Of a stretch of 44,414 nucleotides of DNA, positions 7,309 through 15,958 are shown one piece after another. The first letter of the stretch is position 1; each line of letters opens with the position of its first letter. Below the pieces are notes generated by a model. It saw nothing but the letters and a program-made list of their open reading frames with translations, was not told the DNA's origin and searched no databases. The stretch lies in NCBI GenBank assembly GCA_003162595.1, contig PMNJ01000345.1, positions 1 through 44,414 on the forward strand, given 5' to 3'. The position numbers were made by a program, and so were the translations under genes. This DNA is from Bacteroidales bacterium (GTDB lineage: Bacteria > Bacteroidota > Bacteroidia > Bacteroidales > VadinHA17).

Positions 7309-8715
7309 TTAAATGCGAAATTGTTTGTAAGGACCTTTGTATTTTATAACAATTATATTATCAATTGAATCAATTGGTTGCTCGGGTAGATAGATCATCA
7401 AACCCTGAGAATGAACATCTACTTTTAATGGTTTCTTTTCTTTATCCGCAAGTAAATAAGCATTATTAAATTCATTGACAAAATCATTCAGGTAGAGCAT
7501 ATTATCCCCCGGCCACCGGAACAGGTGCAGATACAAAGTATTGGGTTTTGCTGTAATCCCGCTGATACTGTTATTCCATCTTACCGATGGTCCACCGCTT
7601 GTTGTGCCATATATAGCTTCACCATTTACAGAGAGCCAATTTCCTACTTTTTTCAAAATTGCCTGTGCTTTTTCGGGCATTACTCCCTCGCTTGTAGGGC
7701 CGACATTTAAAAGATAATTGCCACCTTTTGATGCTATGTCTACCAGATTAGAGATTACCTCATCTGCACTTTTAAAAGTAGTATCGGTTTTATTATATCC
7801 CCAGCTTCCGTTCAAAGTCATGCAAACTTCAAATGCAGTGCTTTGAGAACCGCCAGGTATTTCCTGTTCCGGAGTCCCATAATCTGCTCCGATGCCTCCC
7901 ATCCGGTTGTTAATAAGGCATTTGGGTTGCCATTTATGGATGGAATCAACCAAAGCTAAAGCCATTTCACGGTTCTGCAATTCATCCGGATCAAATGCCG
8001 GACCAGACCAATCCCACCAGATAATACCAATATCACCATAGTTTGTAAGAAGTTCCTTTACCTGACCTTCGAGATATGCGAAATACTTTTTATAGTCGGC
8101 ATCGCGATTGGGGAACCCATGAAATCCTTCTGGATACTGTTTGGTATGGTAAGTATATTTTACCGGAAACTGAGGATGGTGCCAATCCTTTACTGAATAA
8201 TAAAAGCATAATTTCAATCCCTGTTTTCTGCATTCTTCAGCAAGCGCTTTCATTGGATCCTTCCCATATGGTGTGGCATCTACAATATTATAATTCGTCA
8301 GTTTTGAATCGAACATGCAAAAGCCTTCATGGTGTTTGGCGGTTATGACTATATATTTCATACCTGCTTGTTTTGCCATTGACACCCATTCTTTAGCAAT
8401 AAACCTGACCGGATTAAATTGTTTTGCAAGTTTTTCATATTCCTCACCGGGAATATTGGCACTATATTGTATCCATTCCCCGTAATTTTTTCTCCCATTC
8501 CATTCGCCGGCCGGTACGGAATAAAGTCCCCAATGGATAAACAGACCAAATTTTGCTTCCTGGAACCATTCTAATTTCTTTGACGAATCAATGGCTGAAT
8601 CATTCTTGGCTGATTCGTTTTTTTTAAGGTTACAGGATAATAAACTTACTGAAAGCCAAACACTGATTATAACCAGTTTTAAATATGTTTTATAATTCAT
8701 ATGTTCTATTGTCAT
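7309..8715 (-). CDS. GH29 alpha-L-fucosidase, probable lipoprotein
   Basis: LEWFQEAKFGLFIHWGLYSVPAGEW, AKHHEGFCMFDS and IIWWDW blocks are typical of GH29. The signal peptide ends in LLSC (lipobox-like). An alternative start is the ATG at 8700. Confidence 0.9.
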   Translation of the reverse strand: MTIEHMNYKTYLKLVIISVWLSVSLLSCNLKKNESAKNDSAIDSSKKLEWFQEAKFGLFIHWGLYSVPAGEWNGRKNYGEWIQYSANIPGEEYEKLAKQFNPVRFIAKEWVSMAKQAGMKYIVITAKHHEGFCMFDSKLTNYNIVDATPYGKDPMKALAEECRKQGLKLCFYYSVKDWHHPQFPVKYTYHTKQYPEGFHGFPNRDADYKKYFAYLEGQVKELLTNYGDIGIIWWDWSGPAFDPDELQNREMALALVDSIHKWQPKCLINNRMGGIGADYGTPEQEIPGGSQSTAFEVCMTLNGSWGYNKTDTTFKSADEVISNLVDIASKGGNYLLNVGPTSEGVMPEKAQAILKKVGNWLSVNGEAIYGTTSGGPSVRWNNSISGITAKPNTLYLHLFRWPGDNMLYLNDFVNEFNNAYLLADKEKKPLKVDVHSQGLMIYLPEQPIDSIDNIIVIKYKGPYKQFRI

Positions 8716-8774
8716 TTTATTTAGTATCAGTTTAACTTATAATCAGTGCCAAAATTATTGTCACTTTAGGATTG

Positions 8775-10562
8775 TTAGTACTTCCATGGACTATTAGGTG
8801 TACCAAAATCTGAAGCCAATGGTCTCTGATTAAATGGCACAATTTTACCGGAATGGACATCTAATAATCGCTTGTTCGTTGCTTTAACGGCTTCCACCAT
8901 TTCCTTATATGGACGGTCATTGCCATCAATAAGTCCAATATTATAGTTCTCCCCATCGCCACGTCCCAATACCGGTTCGTCGCCCCATGCGAACCAATGG
9001 GCACCAAGGAAGCAACCAACCGATGCAGCCTGCTCCATATAATATCGGTATGCTTTCCCACGTTCAATCTGGTCCCTGGCCTGTACCAACCCGGCTCCAA
9101 GTCCGTTGGCCGGCACTCCTATATGGAACTCTCCGATTAAAATCGGGCGCCCGGTATAGCGGTATGACCTGTCAAGTTGCGCCATTGGCTCATACTCATA
9201 TACATTGATGCTGCAAACATCGAATTTCCTTCCTGTGCGGAGCAATGCGTCTGATGTCTCACCACCAAAACGTATTCCTAAATTTATATGATTCGGATCG
9301 TACTTCTTCATCGCAGCAATTGCCATATCAAGATATTTTTCGAATGAATTCATTACAAAATCAACACGACGTTTTGGAGTATCTCCCTTGGCAAGATATT
9401 CTTTGAGTTTATCCTGAATCGGTGCTTTGGGGCCGGCAAGGATCATGTCTACAACTTCACTTTCGCGGCCATCAAAGGCCGGTTCATTGCCCACGAAATA
9501 TCCTATTAAAAGAGGATCGTCCTTTAGTGCCGTACACTGAGTTTTTGCTGCCTCATCAATTACACTGGCAAAGTCTTCTGAATAAACATCAGGAAGACCA
9601 AAGATATTAATTCCCGTTTTCGGCCAGCGCATCATAGCTGTGTATGGTCTTCCCTTACCCCCTGTGGTCATCCCCCATGCCTTGAGGCGAGGAGTGGTTC
9701 TATCGACAACAGTTGCATCTTCCTGACCTCCTGGTCGTCCACTAAAACCTGCACCGGCACCATTAGCACCGGTAGATAGGTAGAGATGTCCGTGCGGATC
9801 AACAAACCACCACTTCCCGTCAATCTCTTCGACGTGGAAAAAGCCGGTAGCTTTCGCTTTGGTATCTTTATACGCGCCATATTCACAATAATTGAATTCA
9901 GCAGCGCTACTTTCCCATGTTTTTTCTTCGTCAGCAAGTTCTTTGGCGAGTTGTTCCTTACTTTTGATTTTCCCAGGCCAGTCGGCCCACTTCCACTGGT
10001 TAAATTCATCAAGTACCGGGGTCTTTTCAAGAAATTCTGATCCCTCATCCTGCTTTGAAAGATGCACCGCCCTTATCTCAACAACAGGCTTATTGATAGG
10101 ATACGGCATTGCAAATCCAAGGTATTCAATATTATTCAGACCTCCGAATGGCCCTGCTATTGAATACCAGAAAGAATTGGTCCGGCGGTTGGTTGCCGAG
10201 GCCAGATCAGTTCCGGTTTTGTCCATGCTTAGAAAATATTTAACAGGTACACAGGCTCTGAACCAGATATTCTGACCAAATGGCTGGATTTTAATACGCC
10301 CGGGTGTTCCATCACTCCTGTAGAGCCATAAACTAAACCTTTGGGGAGAAGTAGTTCTCATATCCATCACCAGATAGGTATAACCTGACCAATCTGACGG
10401 CATTGCCGGATTTAGATCTTTGATTGGGATCTTGAATTCACTGAGTGATCCATTAAATGCAAGTTTCCTGACTTCCTGCGCATTTGATATTGTAGAAAGA
10501 AGTATTATCAACTGTAAGGAAATCAATAAATTTCGCAGATTGGTTTTAAATAGATTGCACAT
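8775..10562 (-). CDS. Secreted protein with a clan-GH-A-like (beta/alpha)8 glycosidase signature; family not assignable
   Basis: 595 aa with a signal peptide (LLSTISNAQ). It has an N-terminal region of ~170 aa of unknown fold, then GFFHVEEIDGKWWFVDPHGHLYLSTG. A candidate acid/base lies in YFVGNEP (aa 356-361) and a candidate nucleophile in ILIGEFH (aa 474-480), about 118 aa later. It ends with GENYNIGLID..DRPY. The spacing and motif style fit clan GH-A, but I cannot name a family. Confidence 0.5.
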   Translation of the reverse strand: MCNLFKTNLRNLLISLQLIILLSTISNAQEVRKLAFNGSLSEFKIPIKDLNPAMPSDWSGYTYLVMDMRTTSPQRFSLWLYRSDGTPGRIKIQPFGQNIWFRACVPVKYFLSMDKTGTDLASATNRRTNSFWYSIAGPFGGLNNIEYLGFAMPYPINKPVVEIRAVHLSKQDEGSEFLEKTPVLDEFNQWKWADWPGKIKSKEQLAKELADEEKTWESSAAEFNYCEYGAYKDTKAKATGFFHVEEIDGKWWFVDPHGHLYLSTGANGAGAGFSGRPGGQEDATVVDRTTPRLKAWGMTTGGKGRPYTAMMRWPKTGINIFGLPDVYSEDFASVIDEAAKTQCTALKDDPLLIGYFVGNEPAFDGRESEVVDMILAGPKAPIQDKLKEYLAKGDTPKRRVDFVMNSFEKYLDMAIAAMKKYDPNHINLGIRFGGETSDALLRTGRKFDVCSINVYEYEPMAQLDRSYRYTGRPILIGEFHIGVPANGLGAGLVQARDQIERGKAYRYYMEQAASVGCFLGAHWFAWGDEPVLGRGDGENYNIGLIDGNDRPYKEMVEAVKATNKRLLDVHSGKIVPFNQRPLASDFGTPNSPWKY

Positions 10563-10598
10563 AATTCATTGTGTTAAGGTTTTTATTAAGTCAAATGG

Positions 10599-13500
10599 TT
10601 AAAGTTGCCCCAGAGAGATTTTAGCCCATAGGTTACTTACTGATAAATCAACAGCTTTTTTCAAGTTTTCCTTTGCCAGATCGCTGCTGCCAAGTCCCGT
10701 ATAACCTAGTCCTTTAAGCAGATAAGCATTTGATAACCTGACATTGTCAGACTCGTGTTCTCCGAACTTGGCAAAGAAATCAACATCGGCGGATGACCCA
10801 TTGTTAATTTGTTTCTCGCCATCTGCAATCAGAGAGTTGAAAATTTCAGCCGCTTCAGCCTTTTTACCAAGCTTAAGACAGCTCATGCCCTGGTAAAAAC
10901 TTATGTAATCCGAACTGCCTGAACCAGGTTCTGCACTTAAAGTAAAATATTTCTTTGCTTCTGATTTACTTCCCATTGCTTCATGGGTAATACCAATAAA
11001 ATAGTTTACCTGAATATTTCTGTTGTTTGATCTGTTTCCGCTTGCTTCTTCTTCAGGTACCTGGCCCAGTATAAAGTTCTCCAACGCTTTCTGATAATTT
11101 TTTTCTTCCAGATCTTTTAAACCAAGTGTCAGATAAGCGTCAATAATTATATCCCTGACTCTTGAGTTTCCCTCACGGTAATTGAATTGCTTTCCGGCTA
11201 AATATTCTACTGCTTTATCAGCTTTCCCTCCGAGAGTCAGCACTGCGATCTGACTTGCAAATGCGTTGTCACGTTTACTGACAATTTCATTCTTCCCTTC
11301 AAATAATTTGAGTCTTTTTTCAATGGGTGCATTGCTCATCGCATACAGATCTTCAAGCTCTTCATAATAAATTGGCTCATCTTTTTTAAGTTCAACTGCC
11401 TTTTCATATTCAGCTATTGCCTTATCTCTGTCGCCCTGGCACTGATAATATCCCCAACCCAGGTTGCGATGGGCGATAGCCATACCGGGATCATATTTCA
11501 CGGCATTTTCCCAATATCCGAGTGCTTTTTCAGGTTGTTTATCGTATAAAATGTTACCCAGATAATAATATGCTTTAGAGTCGGAGGAATTATATTTTAA
11601 AGCTGTTTCGAGTACTCTGATAGTTTCGAGACGGAACGGGAAGCAATAATCAACAGATTGCCCGGACCCGCTTTTGAAGTATTTTTCAGATTCTGCCTTG
11701 TTGCCTTTTTTATCTGAGAGATATCCCAGATAATAAGTTACGATCGGATCTTTTCCATTAAAACGAAGAAGGACATCTCTGGCTTCCTCATCTAATCCGT
11801 CGTTGATATATCCTACCGCAAGTTCAAGGTAATTCTGGTCAAAATCTCTCATTTTAGTTGTTAATGAGGTTAACTCCCTGTCTGAAACCTGGGTGTTGCC
11901 GGATTCTTTAGCTATCAGATATTTTTCGTTGTCTAACCTGAAATCCAGCGGATCAGTTTCAGTAACAGGAGCCAGAGTTGCAGAAGCATCCTTGTAATTT
12001 TTCATTTTTCTCAGGATGGATGCTTTAAGACCGATAGCGCTGTTGTTCCTCGAATTGGTCGTAAGTGACTCATTTATCTCATCCAGAGCCCTGGCAAAAT
12101 TTCCATTTATGGATGATATCCTTGCAAGTTCAAGATATGCTGCCGAATGATAGGCATAATCCCAGGTTGCACGGTAAAGCGTATCGATTGCCTCATCATA
12201 AAGCCCCAAAGCCTTTAATGTAAGCCCCTGAAGATAAAGAGCTTCGCATGTTGAGGGTCGGGTGTAATCTTTGGTTATCCTTTTTATGGCCTTACTAAAA
12301 TAGCTTCTTGCTTTTATGTAATCACCATTTTTAAGATATGTATTACCAACTGCGATATTAGTCCTTATATCGGACGGGTCGCGAAGCAGGGCTTCTTTAT
12401 AGTAATCCATCGGATTTATCGTAGGATTATAAAACTGTTCAATCCTGTTGCCTGTTAAATACAATTCTTCAATAGTGGCAATATTCTTGGGCAATGGAGG
12501 ACTTTCAACTATATCTGGAAGTTTTTCCTCGTACTTTTGTTCAACTGGTTGATAAGAAACCAGTACTTCGCCTGTTTCCGTATTGACCATTTCGGTGTAG
12601 AGATCCGTCAATTTGTAGATACCATCCATTTTTACTGACTGGGTGAAACCTGCTACAGGAGAAATCTCCAAATTCTTTTCAAAAATAACTTTACCGCTGT
12701 TTTTGAGGATAATTTTTGCTTTACTCACTTTCTGAGTGGAATAATAACCCAGAAATACAGTATTTTTTTCTCTTGATTCAAGATTAACTGCTCCGTTAAG
12801 GTTTGCATATTTGAAACCCTGTATATCTTTAATCGGGTACCAGTACTGTTTAAATGATTTTACTTCATAAGGCTTGATCCAGCTATAGTCAGGCTGATTA
12901 TCGGAAAATGCACCAACCATAATTTCCACATATGGTCCAGCATTCTCGGTCAGTCTGCTTTCAGTCGCCTGGCCGCGAGCACCTGATCCCCATTCCCATA
13001 ATTTTGCTCCTTTGACTATATTATGATCCCCGATATGAACCGTGCCTGTTTCCTTTCCATGATCGTATGCGCCCATAAAATCTTCTTTCAGGTCATAAGC
13101 AAAATATGAGTTTGCGCTAATTGTGTTTTTCCACCAACTTATATCGACACCTTTGGTAAAATCCTGTCCACGGTATACTTCCTTTGAAATAGGCCAGTGG
13201 GTAAAGTCGTTTTTAGCATGATAAGTTGCAAACTGCACACTGGGAGGGAAGATTACCTGATAATCTTTATCTGTATGGGCTGCCACATTGGCCCAATTTA
13301 AAAATGAATGAATATAAGGAGTTGGATTTAGTATTTTGACCTCCGCCTGAAAATAGGATTTCCCCGGAAATGCCGTAATCCCTATGGTCCATCTCATACG
13401 TTGCCGTGGTTCTGTTTCCCCGATCCAAATTGTTTTACTACCGTCCTTATTTTCAACCAGATCATAATCAACGGGTAAAAAGCATGAGGCTCTGTGATGA

Positions 13501-13952
13501 TGGAGTACGCACCATTCAATTCCTCCCGAGACCCAGGCTCCTGTCATCCCTATGTTGGTTGGTTTAACTACATCGTTTTTATAAACGAAATTATAATTAT
13601 CGGTCTTATCTGTTGCATAGTATAACTTCCCACCAATTTCAGGGGTAACACATAGTTTAATATATTCGTTTTCAAGCAATAAAGCTTTCCAGGCCTGATC
13701 TGTTTTTTTGTCGGAAATAACATCGTTTAATGCATATGGATAGATATATCTTGACGCTCCCTGGTAAGACTCATTCTTAAAGAATGCAGGATTTTTGTCT
13801 GGAGGCTCAACCTTATAAGTTGGAATAACCCATTGCTGTTCTGACATAGTAACTTGTGCCATCAGGTGATTCCCGATACAGGTAAAGAACACTGCAAGGA
13901 TAATGAGCTTCGAAAATCCTTTCCGGTAAAAAACACAAAAGTTATCTTTCAT
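10599..13952 (-). CDS. DUF5107-type N-terminal domain fused to a long TPR array (1117 aa, secreted)
   Basis: It has a signal peptide. The N-terminal ~470 aa (…LLENEYIKLCVTPEIGGKLYYATDK…GAWVSGGIEWCVLHHHR…) match my recollection of DUF5107, a mutarotase/supersandwich-like fold. The C-terminal ~640 aa show many 34-residue TPR-like units, for example AYYYLGNILYDKQPEKALGYWENAVKYDPGMAIAHRNLGWGYYQCQGDRDKAIAEYEKAVEL. Confidence 0.7.
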   Translation of the reverse strand: MKDNFCVFYRKGFSKLIILAVFFTCIGNHLMAQVTMSEQQWVIPTYKVEPPDKNPAFFKNESYQGASRYIYPYALNDVISDKKTDQAWKALLLENEYIKLCVTPEIGGKLYYATDKTDNYNFVYKNDVVKPTNIGMTGAWVSGGIEWCVLHHHRASCFLPVDYDLVENKDGSKTIWIGETEPRQRMRWTIGITAFPGKSYFQAEVKILNPTPYIHSFLNWANVAAHTDKDYQVIFPPSVQFATYHAKNDFTHWPISKEVYRGQDFTKGVDISWWKNTISANSYFAYDLKEDFMGAYDHGKETGTVHIGDHNIVKGAKLWEWGSGARGQATESRLTENAGPYVEIMVGAFSDNQPDYSWIKPYEVKSFKQYWYPIKDIQGFKYANLNGAVNLESREKNTVFLGYYSTQKVSKAKIILKNSGKVIFEKNLEISPVAGFTQSVKMDGIYKLTDLYTEMVNTETGEVLVSYQPVEQKYEEKLPDIVESPPLPKNIATIEELYLTGNRIEQFYNPTINPMDYYKEALLRDPSDIRTNIAVGNTYLKNGDYIKARSYFSKAIKRITKDYTRPSTCEALYLQGLTLKALGLYDEAIDTLYRATWDYAYHSAAYLELARISSINGNFARALDEINESLTTNSRNNSAIGLKASILRKMKNYKDASATLAPVTETDPLDFRLDNEKYLIAKESGNTQVSDRELTSLTTKMRDFDQNYLELAVGYINDGLDEEARDVLLRFNGKDPIVTYYLGYLSDKKGNKAESEKYFKSGSGQSVDYCFPFRLETIRVLETALKYNSSDSKAYYYLGNILYDKQPEKALGYWENAVKYDPGMAIAHRNLGWGYYQCQGDRDKAIAEYEKAVELKKDEPIYYEELEDLYAMSNAPIEKRLKLFEGKNEIVSKRDNAFASQIAVLTLGGKADKAVEYLAGKQFNYREGNSRVRDIIIDAYLTLGLKDLEEKNYQKALENFILGQVPEEEASGNRSNNRNIQVNYFIGITHEAMGSKSEAKKYFTLSAEPGSGSSDYISFYQGMSCLKLGKKAEAAEIFNSLIADGEKQINNGSSADVDFFAKFGEHESDNVRLSNAYLLKGLGYTGLGSSDLAKENLKKAVDLSVSNLWAKISLGQL

Positions 13953-14114
13953 AGAAGTGGTATTTAATTTATTTATCTGAATTAATTAAAATTTAATTTG
14001 AAAAGATTGCTCAGGATATATAATAAGATGCTGAATAAAGAATTTTCCCCAACTACATAATTTAATTTATAGTTGTAATAATAATCGTCAGGGTTAATCA
14101 CAGAATATATCTAT

Positions 14115-15743
14115 TCATTTCCCCGATATTTTTAATACATAAGCATATTGACAAGGTTGCGAAGCAGGTAACTGAACTGTAAGACCCTTCTCATTTTGAA
14201 CCCATTTTAATAAATCTTTTGAACCAAGCATTTGAATATCTCTTATTTCTCCAAACCAGAGCGCTTTTCCTTTATGCAATGATTTTATTGTGACCTCTTT
14301 CCCGGGCCAGGCCATCAGAATGGCATAAATACTTTTGCCCTTGGTTGTAAACCTGATGTCTTCAGCAGTGTATTCTTTTGGCCGGTTGCTTTGATTTCCT
14401 CTTACTTCCTGTACCTTAGTGGGTCCTTCTCCCATAATTTCCCATGGCCGTGTCCCGTGAATGGCCTCGCTGTTTACGGCCATCCATTGCGCCATTTCAT
14501 CAAGGAACTTATAGTAAGCATCAACGATGGTACCATCGGCACGAAGGTTAATATTTAGCAACAGATTCCCATTTTTACTTACTATATCCACCAGTTGTAA
14601 TACTACATCCTTTGTAAGGATGGGGCCTCTTCCCGAATATATGAGATACATGGGATTGATATAGAAAAATCCATCAAGGCCAGTATCAGTTTGCCAGGGA
14701 TATTTTCTTGGTATATCGCTCTGTGCGTTTTCAAGATCCAAAACAAGTGCTTTCTGCTGTTCTTCCGAACGCGATCCTTTAACATTAATTACAATCTCGT
14801 TTTTGCCGTTGTTCCATTTTTGACTTTGATTATAATAATAAGAGGCCATATCCAACCTGCGGAAAGGAAGACCGCCATCGTAATAAATCAGGTCAGGGTG
14901 ATAGTTGTCTATCAGGTCGACCATGCGGTTTATAAGAATCTGTTTAAAAAGTGAATCGGGTTGATCACCGTCATCACCAGGGAAAGGGCCTGAATAGGCT
15001 CCCTGCTTAGATCCTTTATGAGGCTGCCCGTATAAATCCCGCGGATCATACCCTTCCCACCATTTGCCTTTACCATCGGCCTTTGTCATCCATCCATCAT
15101 ATGGAACTCCTTTCAATGGTCCTGTTGTATCGGCCATGCGGGAAATCTCCCAGTATCTCCAGGTGCCTTCCCCATGATTTGAGACACCGAATTTCATGTT
15201 ATTATGTTTTGCAGCATTCTGCCATTCCTTCACTATATCCCTTTTAGGGCCCATATTCACTACATTCCATGGCTGATATTTGGAGTTCCACATATCGAAG
15301 TTATCGTGATGCATAGCCATGGACACAAAATATCGTGCGCCTGCCTTGTAGTAGAGTTTCATTAAAGCTTCGGGATCCCATTTAGCGCACGTGAATAAAG
15401 GAATTAAATCCTTAAACCCAAATTCAGAAGGGTGACCATATTTAATCAGGTGATAAGAGTAAGCGGGTATCAAATCAGGGAACGCCCAATTATTATCCTG
15501 TATATACAGTCGTCTGGGAAACCAGTCCCCGTACTCTGCCACACTGTTCGGACCCCAATGGGCCCAGATTCCAAACTTGGCATCGCGGAACCAATCGGGG
15601 CAATCGTATTGTTGGGAAAGCGATTCCCATGTCGGTTCAAAAGGTCCGGTTTTCGGCAGAAGCGGCTGTGCGGAACTGACAATGGACATTACCACAAAAA
15701 GCATACTGCATAGGCTAATTCGTGTAACAACATTCATTTTCAT
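14115..15743 (-). CDS. GH29 alpha-L-fucosidase (second, divergent paralogue)
   Basis: DWFRDAKFGIWAHWGPNSVAEYGDW, MAMHHDNFDMWNS and LIYYDGG blocks. SPI-type signal peptide (IVSSAQP). Confidence 0.9.
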   Translation of the reverse strand: MKMNVVTRISLCSMLFVVMSIVSSAQPLLPKTGPFEPTWESLSQQYDCPDWFRDAKFGIWAHWGPNSVAEYGDWFPRRLYIQDNNWAFPDLIPAYSYHLIKYGHPSEFGFKDLIPLFTCAKWDPEALMKLYYKAGARYFVSMAMHHDNFDMWNSKYQPWNVVNMGPKRDIVKEWQNAAKHNNMKFGVSNHGEGTWRYWEISRMADTTGPLKGVPYDGWMTKADGKGKWWEGYDPRDLYGQPHKGSKQGAYSGPFPGDDGDQPDSLFKQILINRMVDLIDNYHPDLIYYDGGLPFRRLDMASYYYNQSQKWNNGKNEIVINVKGSRSEEQQKALVLDLENAQSDIPRKYPWQTDTGLDGFFYINPMYLIYSGRGPILTKDVVLQLVDIVSKNGNLLLNINLRADGTIVDAYYKFLDEMAQWMAVNSEAIHGTRPWEIMGEGPTKVQEVRGNQSNRPKEYTAEDIRFTTKGKSIYAILMAWPGKEVTIKSLHKGKALWFGEIRDIQMLGSKDLLKWVQNEKGLTVQLPASQPCQYAYVLKISGK

Positions 15744-15833
15744 AATCTCTTAAATATTAAAATATATAGAATACAATTTAAAAACCTTTTAATAATTCAA
15801 TAACCGGATAACCTGATTACTTATTCTATTTAT

Positions 15834-15916
15834 AGCTTTCGCGGTTACTTTAATAATAAAATTAATTAGTTTCCCTCTTTTAAATTTCTTTTCAATATTA
15901 ATTTAATTCAAAAAGG
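15834..15916. repeat. Intergenic repeat family, copy C
   Basis: AGCTTTCGCGGTTACTTTAA (15834-15853) is 18/20 identical to 1524-1543. It is followed by TCTTTTAAA and AATTCAAAAAGG segments in the same order as copy A. It lies between the beta-helix gene stop (15959) and the GH29 start (15743). Confidence 0.6.
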
Positions 15917-15958
15917 ATCCGGGCAGGTCTGTAATCAGCCCTGGAACCTGAAATACAA

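Noticed and set aside
9668-10275. 126-aa minus-strand and 127-aa / 84-aa plus-strand ORFs overlapping 8775-10562
   Set aside because: They are alternative-frame or antisense ORFs nested in the longer 595-aa gene, which has a signal peptide and catalytic-style motifs. There is no independent support.
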